Positions 23,184-30,318 of a stretch of DNA of 32,000 nt are shown here, one piece after another. The stretch comes from Tannockella kyphosi (GTDB lineage Bacteria; Bacillota_I; Bacilli_A; Erysipelotrichales; Coprobacillaceae). The stretch is from the NCBI RefSeq assembly GCF_021054785.1, contig NZ_CP088239.1, positions 180,001 through 212,000 of the forward strand, written 5' to 3'. The notes under the pieces were generated by a model. It was not told where the DNA came from, ran no database searches, and saw only the letters and a program-made list of their open reading frames with translations. A program made the position numbers and the translations under genes. The first letter of the stretch is position 1, and every line of letters begins with the position of its first letter.

Positions 23184-24629
23184 ATGGAAAGAAATATTAG
23201 TTCGAGACTATCGAGTTTTCTAAAGGAAAATATTGTGGAAAGAAAAGCGATGTTTTTACCTTTTTTATGTGTGGTTACTTTTATGTTAGTTGGTTATGCA
23301 GCTGTTGATAAAGAAGCCCCTGTAATAGAAACTTCTCGTATTGAATTACCATACGGAGAAGAATTTGATGCAAGTGCATTATATATTACCGATAATCAAA
23401 CAAGCCGAGAATTATTAGAAGTGACTGTAAATACAGATTCATTAGATGTGAATCAAATAGGTGTGTATACAATCACAGTAGAAGCAATTGATCAATTTTC
23501 AAATGTAGCAACAAAAGTTGTCACAGTATCAGTTGTGGATAATAAAGGTCCAGAATTCAATGTATTGGGTTCGAATGAAGGATATACAATAGTGGTACCT
23601 GTAATGGGTAGTGAAGATATTACTAGTTATATGGAAGCAGTTGATAATGTAGAGGGGGATGTAACTCCATTTATTGAAACAAGTGCAGATTTAGATACTA
23701 GTGCGATTGGTTTCCAAACAATTACTTTAACAGTAAGTGATAGTGCTGGAAATGTTACGGAAGAAACTTATGAGTTTGCTATTTCTGATGATGAAGCTCC
23801 AGTTATTGAATTATTAAGTGGTAGCAGTTATACATTAAATTATGGTGATAAGTTTGATATTTATGATATTGTAGATATTTATGATAATTTTGATGAATCA
23901 TTAGATATTGTTGTAAATGGAGAAGTGGATGAAGAATTATTAGGAGATAGCCAAGAAATTGAAATTACTGCTACAGATGGTTCTGGTAATGAAACGAGTC
24001 AAGTTGTGACAGTAACAGTAAAAGATATTGAATCACCTAGTTTATCATTATCTAAATCTTATGTAGAAGTAAAAGAAGGAGCTACATTTACTGCTCTTAA
24101 TTATGTAAGTTCTGCATCTGATAATTATGATGGAAATTTAACTTCAAGTGTAACAGCTTCAAGTATTTCTACATCTTCAACAGGAACGAAAACAGTTACT
24201 TATACAGTAACGGATAGTTCAGGTAATACAACAACAAAAACATTAAAAGTATATGTTTATGATTCAAGCATTAGTGCTGGTGCACAATCAGCTGTAACTT
24301 ATGCAAAAACAAAAATAGGTTCTCCTTATGTTTATGGAGCAACTGGATCTTATAGTTTTGACTGTTCAGGATTTACACAATGGTGCTTTAAACAAGCCGG
24401 TGTATCAATTCCTCGTACAGCAGCATCACAAGCTAGTAGTGGAACATATGTATCACGTAGTAATTTACAAGTAGGAGATTTAGTTTTCTATTCTGCTTAT
24501 TCAGGTGGTAGTGTCACACACGTTGGTATTTATGTAGGTAATGGTATGATTATTCATTGCAGTAGTTCAAAAGGTGTATGTTATGCATCATTAGACGTAA
24601 TGAATTATGTAACAGCTAGAAGATATTAA
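23184..24629 (+). CDS. membrane-anchored cell-wall hydrolase: 4 Ig-like (DUF5011-like) repeats plus C-terminal NlpC/P60 (C40) peptidase
   Basis: AAAGGAGG SD upstream. TM anchor FLPFLCVVTFMLVGYAA. Four modules of about 80 aa each start with (E/G/S)AP/GP/SP and end in ...TDxSGN...V.V.D. The catalytic domain reads YVYGATGSYSFDCSGFTQWCFKQAGVSIPRTAASQ...GDLVFY...THVGIYVGNGMIIH. Confidence 0.9.
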   Translation: MERNISSRLSSFLKENIVERKAMFLPFLCVVTFMLVGYAAVDKEAPVIETSRIELPYGEEFDASALYITDNQTSRELLEVTVNTDSLDVNQIGVYTITVEAIDQFSNVATKVVTVSVVDNKGPEFNVLGSNEGYTIVVPVMGSEDITSYMEAVDNVEGDVTPFIETSADLDTSAIGFQTITLTVSDSAGNVTEETYEFAISDDEAPVIELLSGSSYTLNYGDKFDIYDIVDIYDNFDESLDIVVNGEVDEELLGDSQEIEITATDGSGNETSQVVTVTVKDIESPSLSLSKSYVEVKEGATFTALNYVSSASDNYDGNLTSSVTASSISTSSTGTKTVTYTVTDSSGNTTTKTLKVYVYDSSISAGAQSAVTYAKTKIGSPYVYGATGSYSFDCSGFTQWCFKQAGVSIPRTAASQASSGTYVSRSNLQVGDLVFYSAYSGGSVTHVGIYVGNGMIIHCSSSKGVCYASLDVMNYVTARRY

Positions 24630-24641
24630 TAAAATAATAAG

Positions 24642-24669
24642 AAAGTACTTCATAAGAAGTACTTTTTTT
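24642..24669 (+). terminator. rho-independent terminator
   Basis: AAAGTACTTC (24642-51), loop ATAA, GAAGTACTTT (24656-65), then TTTT. Confidence 0.8.
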
Positions 24670-24696
24670 GTATAATAGAGGAAAGGGGATGATATT

Positions 24697-26118
24697 ATGC
24701 AAGTAGGATCACAAAAAGAATTTCAATTATATGATGAAGCACTATTAGAAAAAGGATATACAATGAATCAATTAATTGGTTTTGCAGCGATAGGGTTATC
24801 AAAACAACCAATACAAGCAAATAAAATAGGGATCGTGTGTGGAAATGGAAATAATGGAGCTGATGGATTAGCGTTAGCTTTAATGTTACAAGAAAAACAC
24901 CAGGTAACTGTTTATTTAACAAGTGTAACGGGTAGTTTATCAGTTAGTCACTATTTGGGGAAAGTAGTAGAATCAGGGATAGTGGTTCATGATGGAATTA
25001 GTTTAATTGATCAAGAGGATTTAATCATTGATGCTATTTTTGGTAGTGGATTGAATAGGGATGTAAGTGGAAAATATTATGATATTATTGAAAAAATCAA
25101 TACATTAGATAAACCAGTTATCGCTATTGATATACCTAGTGGGTTAGATTGTAATAGTGGGTTACCTAAAAATATTTCGATTAAAGCAACGCAAACAAGG
25201 ACTATTTGTGCTTATAAACAAGGTTTTTTATTACCTCATAGTAAAGAATATACAGGAGATATTATGCTTTGTCCGTTAGTAGAGAAAGAAGTTCCTTTTT
25301 CTACGGTGGTAGATAATAGGATAATTCAATCAATTATAAAGAAAAGGAAATATGATGATTATAAAGGTAAATATGGAAAAGTAATCCATATTACAGGAAG
25401 TAATGAATATATTGGGGCAGCTACTTTGGCAGCTAAATCATCGGTTTATAGTGGTAGTGGATTAGTTTGTTGTTATTCATCAAGTGAGGTACTAACAAGT
25501 GTTACTATTAATGTACCGGAGTGTATTGTTAAAAAAAGAATCAATACATTAGATCCTATTATTTATCAACACTATGATGCATTACTTATTGGAAGTGGAC
25601 TAGGATTGGATTTTTCTAGTGAAAAATATGTTGAAGATGTATTAGAAAAGTCAACGATACCAATGGTTATTGATGGAGATGGATTAACTTATGTTGCTAT
25701 GCATTTAGAAAGTCTGAAAAAGGCTCATGCCCCAGTGATACTAACACCGCATATAGGTGAGTTTAAAAGGTTACATCCTTTTTATAATGAAACAGATTAT
25801 GTTCTTTTAGCTAAAGAGTTTGCTTTAAAGTGGGGTGTTATTTTAGTTTTAAAAGGACCAAATACAATAGTAACAAATGGTAATGATACTTATCGTAATA
25901 CGACAGGGAATAGTGCTATGGCATCAGCAGGTAGTGGAGATGTTTTAGCAGGGATGATTGTTAGTTTCTTAGGACAAGGATATGGACCTATTGAAGCTAG
26001 TATACAAGCTGTTTATTTACATGGGTTATGTGGAGATATTGTTGCTAATGACAATTATACTGCAGTTGCTAGTAAAGTAATTGAATTGATTCCTAAAGCA
26101 ATGAAAAGAATAATATAA
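24697..26118 (+). CDS. nnr: bifunctional NAD(P)H-hydrate repair enzyme (epimerase / ADP-dependent dehydratase), YjeF family
   Basis: N-terminal domain VCGNGNNGADGLALALML. C-terminal carbohydrate-kinase-like domain KGKYGKVIHITGS...GAATLAAKSSVYSGSGLV, LKGPNTIV and GNSAMASAGSGDVLAGMI. Confidence 0.9.
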   Translation: MQVGSQKEFQLYDEALLEKGYTMNQLIGFAAIGLSKQPIQANKIGIVCGNGNNGADGLALALMLQEKHQVTVYLTSVTGSLSVSHYLGKVVESGIVVHDGISLIDQEDLIIDAIFGSGLNRDVSGKYYDIIEKINTLDKPVIAIDIPSGLDCNSGLPKNISIKATQTRTICAYKQGFLLPHSKEYTGDIMLCPLVEKEVPFSTVVDNRIIQSIIKKRKYDDYKGKYGKVIHITGSNEYIGAATLAAKSSVYSGSGLVCCYSSSEVLTSVTINVPECIVKKRINTLDPIIYQHYDALLIGSGLGLDFSSEKYVEDVLEKSTIPMVIDGDGLTYVAMHLESLKKAHAPVILTPHIGEFKRLHPFYNETDYVLLAKEFALKWGVILVLKGPNTIVTNGNDTYRNTTGNSAMASAGSGDVLAGMIVSFLGQGYGPIEASIQAVYLHGLCGDIVANDNYTAVASKVIELIPKAMKRII

Positions 26119-26148
26119 AAACAAGGAAATTATTCCTTGTTTCTTTTT
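26119..26148. terminator. bidirectional terminator shared by convergent nnr and pgeF
   Basis: 10-bp stem AAACAAGGAA (26119-28) / TTCCTTGTTT (26133-42) with loop ATTA. The loop contains most of the pgeF stop codon (26130-32). T runs follow on both strands. Confidence 0.75.
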
Positions 26149-26876
26149 ATAATGGTAATACTTCTACCTGTTTCTTTACATCGATGACTATAAAATAGAT
26201 CATTATTTTTAATAGTACATAAATCATTGACAGTAATATTTTCTTCTAATAAACCACTTAATAATAGTTGTTGTTTGTTTAAGCTCTTATTATCTACTAG
26301 ATAGTGTATTTCATCTGTTGGATGATAGAAAGGGGTTGTATCAAAACTCATAGCATTGATTTTATCAATCACATCTTGTTGAACTTCTAATTTTTCATAA
26401 GAAATACAAGGACCTATATAGGCTAACATTTCCTTAGGAATACATCCTTCTTTTTCAATTAGATGGGTTACTACTTTTTTAGTAATTTCACGAGTTGTTC
26501 CTAACCAACCTGCATGTATACATGCAACTATTTTTTGATTAGGACAATACAATAAAATAGGTGTGCAATCTGCATGAAAAGTCATTAAAAATAAATTTTC
26601 TGCTCTGGTATACATTGCATCACTTTCTTCAATTGCATCCTCTCTTGAAAATGCACCTAATCCAGCATCCTCACTAGTAACTTCTACAAAGTTACTAGAA
26701 TGAATTTGTTTTAATGCAACAAAGTTCTCTAATGATGTTTCCAAATAGTTAGCCAAATCAAGACGATTATTTAAAATCAGTTCTTGGTCCGGATTTTGAA
26801 AAGACATATCACCAAAGTCTTTGGTAATTGTATATGCTTCTATTTCCTTAGAGGGATTCCATGATATTAATCGCAT
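26130..26876 (-). CDS. pgeF: YfiH/PgeF family (DUF152, laccase-domain) purine nucleoside phosphorylase / peptidoglycan editing factor
   Basis: LKQIHSSNFVEV, FHADCTPILLY, ACIHAGWLGT, and the C-terminal FYSHRC...GR signature. The start is moved to the ATG at 26876 (MRLISWN), preceded by AAAGGAG with a 7-nt spacer. Confidence 0.85.
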   Translation of the reverse strand: MRLISWNPSKEIEAYTITKDFGDMSFQNPDQELILNNRLDLANYLETSLENFVALKQIHSSNFVEVTSEDAGLGAFSREDAIEESDAMYTRAENLFLMTFHADCTPILLYCPNQKIVACIHAGWLGTTREITKKVVTHLIEKEGCIPKEMLAYIGPCISYEKLEVQQDVIDKINAMSFDTTPFYHPTDEIHYLVDNKSLNKQQLLLSGLLEENITVNDLCTIKNNDLFYSHRCKETGRSITIIKRNKE

Positions 26877-26953
26877 TCTTTTTCTCCTTTTTGTACATAT
26901 GTCCAATGTAATTATTAATTAATACATATACTAACCTAGAGGAGGGGGATTCT

Positions 26954-27184
26954 ATGTATCAACGAAACTGTAATTGCCAACAAAACAATGATATGACACC
27001 AGAACCAATCATGGCACCTAAAAAAGTATGTTACACACAAAGCTGTCGTTATGTCGAACAACCAGTTATTTGTCCAATTGAATGTTGTCATGTGGAAAAT
27101 GTTGTCTATTATCCAAAATACTATCCACAATATAGTCAAAGCTATATTGTGCAAGATAATAATGGATGTAATTGTCAAGAATAG
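26954..27184 (+). CDS. 76-aa Cys/Tyr/Gln-rich protein, tentatively CotD-like spore coat protein
   Basis: Very strong SD (GAGGAGGGGG) and its own terminator. It resembles B. subtilis CotD as I recall it in size (~75 aa), in paired Cys at both ends, and in the MAP....V.P....H..N.....YYP....S.S pattern. This comes from memory only. Confidence 0.45.
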   Translation: MYQRNCNCQQNNDMTPEPIMAPKKVCYTQSCRYVEQPVICPIECCHVENVVYYPKYYPQYSQSYIVQDNNGCNCQE

Positions 27185-27210
27185 ATATGGGAAACCATAT
27201 CTATTTTTTT
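27181..27210 (+). terminator. rho-independent terminator of the CotD-like gene, overlapping the 3' end of rqcH on the other strand
   Basis: ATAGATATGG (27181-90), loop GAAA, CCATATCTAT (27195-204), T run through 27210. The T run is the antisense of the rqcH Lys codons. Confidence 0.75.
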
Positions 27211-28838
27211 GTTAGTTCTTTTATCCAAGAATCATCCGGATCAATATAAATAGTTTTATATGCCTCCACAATCACTTTCCCAGGTTTAGCACCACTAGGT
27301 TTCTTAAGGTTTTTTACAAGAGTATAACTAACAGGAACAGAACTACTTACTTTTCCTTTTGAGAAATAAGCAGCAATAGTACTTGCAAGACGAATAGTAT
27401 ACTCATCTAAATCTTGTCCTTTTACAACGACATGACTACCAGGCATACCTTGAGCATGGAACCAAGTATCGTAACGATTCGCACTTTTAAAAGTTAAATA
27501 ATCATTTTGTAAGTTGTTTTTACCAATTAATATTTCTATATTATCTTTCGTAAAATAAGTTTCTACTCTTGGTTTTGTTGGTTTCTTAGCTTTTTTAGTT
27601 TTCTTTTTTAAGTAACCTAAACTTTCTAACTCATCTTTTATTTCTAAGGCATCATAATAGTTAGCGTTATTTAACAAAGAAATTAAACCATCAAAGTATT
27701 CTATTTCTATCTTTGTTTTTTCAATTTGTTCATTTAAAACAGTAATTGAGTTTTTTGCTTTTTGATACTTATTATAATACTTTTTAGCGTTCTCTTTGCC
27801 ATCTAGTTTAGGATCTAATTCAATCATTATATTCGTATTATCATAGTAGTTAAATACTTCTACTTGCCACATTCCTTTTTGAACCATTCCTAAATAAGAA
27901 AACAATAAATCACCATAAATACGATACTCTTCTCGATTAGAAGAAATATGTAATGTATCTTCTAGTTTTTCTAATTTTAGAACATTCTTTTGATATTCAT
28001 TATTTATGAATCTAGAAAGATTAGAAGTTTGTTGTTTGATACGTTCTTTTTGGTCTATCGCAAAAAAGAATGTATCAAAACCATCAAAGATAGATAATTG
28101 AGTTGGTTCTACTTGAAGATGTGTTAAAGGAAGAATATGAAAATACTCTTTATCATCTACTTTACTAATGTAAATAGAACGAGAATCTTTTATTTCTTTG
28201 ATAATATCTTCAAAATATTGACCTTGGTCAATACGATACAATACTTCTTTAGAAAGTAGTGGAGAAAATCCTAAATAAACTTTTGTTAGATTGTTATGTT
28301 CTTGATAAGAACTAGTATAAGGATTCAATTTTGTATCATCCATAGGAGGATATTGATACATCGCACCAGGTTGTAAAAAACGAGTCGTATTCATACTAGG
28401 ACTAATTCTTTTAATACAATCAATAATCTTTTTATCTTCATTACATAAAATAATATTAGAATGTTTCCCCATTATTTCAATATACATATGATAATGGACT
28501 ATATCCCCTAACTCATTATGACATAAGAATGTTAGATGACAAATACGATCAGTTAGTACTTGTTCTATCTTTTGAATGTATCCACCTTCTAAATATTTAC
28601 GAAATAACATTGTTAATGTATTTGGTTGTTCAGGAGTTGGATATTGCATATTTGTAAGATGTAATCTAGCATGCATAGGATGACTAGATAAAAGTAATTT
28701 AAAATTTTCACGATTAGAACGTACGTGAATAAGTAATTCATATTTTGATATTTGATAGATTTTATTAATTCTACCAGTTTCTATTTTTTCTTTTAATGCA
28801 TCGATTGTTTGATGCATTACAATTCCATCATTTGCCAT
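27201..28838 (-). CDS. rqcH: ribosome quality control factor RqcH (NFACT / fibronectin-binding protein A family)
   Basis: N-terminus MANDGIVMHQTIDALKEKIETGRINKIYQISKYELLIHVRS matches the FbpA/YloA-type N-terminus. A central coiled coil is present, and the C-terminal segment reads WFHAQGMPGSHVVVKG. The start is moved from 28991 to the ATG at 28838, preceded by GAGGTG with a 6-nt spacer. Confidence 0.85.
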   Translation of the reverse strand: MANDGIVMHQTIDALKEKIETGRINKIYQISKYELLIHVRSNRENFKLLLSSHPMHARLHLTNMQYPTPEQPNTLTMLFRKYLEGGYIQKIEQVLTDRICHLTFLCHNELGDIVHYHMYIEIMGKHSNIILCNEDKKIIDCIKRISPSMNTTRFLQPGAMYQYPPMDDTKLNPYTSSYQEHNNLTKVYLGFSPLLSKEVLYRIDQGQYFEDIIKEIKDSRSIYISKVDDKEYFHILPLTHLQVEPTQLSIFDGFDTFFFAIDQKERIKQQTSNLSRFINNEYQKNVLKLEKLEDTLHISSNREEYRIYGDLLFSYLGMVQKGMWQVEVFNYYDNTNIMIELDPKLDGKENAKKYYNKYQKAKNSITVLNEQIEKTKIEIEYFDGLISLLNNANYYDALEIKDELESLGYLKKKTKKAKKPTKPRVETYFTKDNIEILIGKNNLQNDYLTFKSANRYDTWFHAQGMPGSHVVVKGQDLDEYTIRLASTIAAYFSKGKVSSSVPVSYTLVKNLKKPSGAKPGKVIVEAYKTIYIDPDDSWIKELTKK

Positions 28839-28869
28839 TTTTATCACCTCTAGCATTATAACATAATAA

Positions 28870-29562
28870 CTACCAATATTTATATTTGATTGTATTAAAA
28901 TCAAAATAACAAGAATATCCTTCCAATGTACCAGTATTCGTATATTGATAAATAAGATAGTCATCTTCCAAAATATAGGATGAATCATCATATAATGCTA
29001 TCCACTTTAAATAAGGTAGTTGTTCTTTATCTAAAATATGATTCCACCAATAATAAGAAGCATAAATACCCGCATTATAATGGTTGTATTCTATTTCTTG
29101 ACAAAAAGCATTACATATATCATTTAATAATTGATCATCATAATCTAGTAATGTACTATCTTCTATATCAAAAAAGACTCCTAAAGGAATATCATAATCT
29201 GCAATTAAATCTAAAACAAATTGTGCTTCATTGGTTGCATCTTGTATTGTTGTAGCCATAGTATAATAATAAACTCCTACTGGGATATTTTGTTCATTGC
29301 ATAAATCGAGATAATCCTTAAACAAAGGATCTTCATTTAGTGTATTTGAATCACTACTAGTATAGCCACAACGAATAATCACAAATTTTACATCTTGAGG
29401 AATAGTATGAATCTCACCATTCCATTTCGAAAGATCAATACCAAATAAACTATCTTGTTGACTAGGCAATAAAAGACATAAAACAAAAATAAAGATAAGA
29501 ATAACAGGAAATAATAGTAATTTATATGTTTTTGTATAGAAATTATTGTTTACTTTTTTCAT
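28870..29562 (-). CDS. membrane-anchored GH25 muramidase (lysozyme)
   Basis: AAGGGGGT SD upstream. N-terminal anchor LLLFPVILIFIFVLCLLL. GH25 pattern: GIDLSKWNGEI, FVIIRCGY, PVGVYYY, FFDIED, IYASYYWW, LIYQYT. The stop codon is 31 nt upstream of the rqcH start, and I saw no terminator between them. Confidence 0.8.
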   Translation of the reverse strand: MKKVNNNFYTKTYKLLLFPVILIFIFVLCLLLPSQQDSLFGIDLSKWNGEIHTIPQDVKFVIIRCGYTSSDSNTLNEDPLFKDYLDLCNEQNIPVGVYYYTMATTIQDATNEAQFVLDLIADYDIPLGVFFDIEDSTLLDYDDQLLNDICNAFCQEIEYNHYNAGIYASYYWWNHILDKEQLPYLKWIALYDDSSYILEDDYLIYQYTNTGTLEGYSCYFDFNTIKYKYW

Positions 29563-29628
29563 CTTTTACCCCCTTTTTCTAAATATACCACATCTTCTTT
29601 AATTTCCTATATTTTTTATAGTAAACAA

Positions 29629-29657
29629 TTGACATTCTTGGCTTTTATTATTATGAT
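29629..29657 (+). promoter_or_regulatory. sigma-A promoter for gmk
   Basis: TTGACA (29629-34), 17-nt spacer, TATGAT (29652-57). Confidence 0.6.
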
Positions 29658-29685
29658 ATTCCTAATATAAAAAGGAGTGACAATT

Positions 29686-30255
29686 GTGAAAAAAGGCGTA
29701 CTAATTATCTTAAGTGGTCCTAGTGGTGTAGGTAAAGGGACAGTAAGAGAAGAGTTATTTAAAGATGAGAGTTTGAATCTAGCATATTCAATTTCTATGA
29801 CAACAAGAAGTCCAAGACCAACAGAACATGATGGTGTAGATTATTTCTTTGTTTCAAAAGAAGAATTTGAACAAAAAGAAGCGAAGGGATTGTTATTAGA
29901 ATCAGCACAATTCGTAGGGAATTATTATGGAACTCCTGCTGAAAATGTAGAAAAATTATTAAATGAAGGTAAAAATGTGGTTTTAGAGATTGAAGTACAA
30001 GGAGCATTACAGGTTATGAAGAAAAGACCAGATGCACTTACTATCTTTTTAGTACCACCTTCAATGGAAGAATTAGAAAGAAGAATTCGTGGTAGACGTA
30101 CGGAAGAAGATACAATTGTCCAAGAACGTTTAGGAAAAGCACGTGCTGAAATAGCAACAAAAGATCAATATAAACATGTTGTAGTAAACGATAATGTTTT
30201 CAAAGCAAAAAATAGTATTGCACTCATTATAAAAGAACATCAAGAGCACGCCTAA
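29686..30255 (+). CDS. gmk: guanylate kinase
   Basis: (V)KKGVLIILSGPSGVGKGTV, SISMTTRSPRPTEHDGVDYFFVS, GNYYGTP. GTG at 29686 lies 8 nt after AAAGGAG, whereas the ORF-track GTG at 29677 is inside the SD. Confidence 0.93.
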   Translation: MKKGVLIILSGPSGVGKGTVREELFKDESLNLAYSISMTTRSPRPTEHDGVDYFFVSKEEFEQKEAKGLLLESAQFVGNYYGTPAENVEKLLNEGKNVVLEIEVQGALQVMKKRPDALTIFLVPPSMEELERRIRGRRTEEDTIVQERLGKARAEIATKDQYKHVVVNDNVFKAKNSIALIIKEHQEHA

Positions 30256-30272
30256 GTGCTCTTGTTTGTTTT
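30241..30272 (+). terminator. rho-independent terminator of gmk with the stop codon in the loop
   Basis: CAAGAGCAC (30241-49), loop GCCTAA, GTGCTCTTG (30256-64), then TTTGTTTT. Confidence 0.8.
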
Positions 30273-30318
30273 ATAAATAGTTTAATTGTGGTAAAATAGA
30301 ACGAAAGGTGGTGGAAAC

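Noticed and set aside
26936-27178. 80-aa hydrophobic ORF on the minus strand opposite the CotD-like gene
   Set aside because: It has a TTG start with no SD and no terminator. The plus-strand ORF has a very strong SD and a perfect terminator. Hydrophobic antisense ORFs are expected opposite a Q/N/Y-rich gene in AT-rich DNA.
28839-28991. N-terminal 51-codon extension of rqcH overlapping the GH25 gene, plus ORFs 28980-29255 (+) and 29795-30007 (-)
   Set aside because: The conserved RqcH N-terminus begins at MANDGIV with its own SD, and the extension is hydrophobic nonsense. The other two ORFs are antisense to well-supported GH25 and gmk genes.
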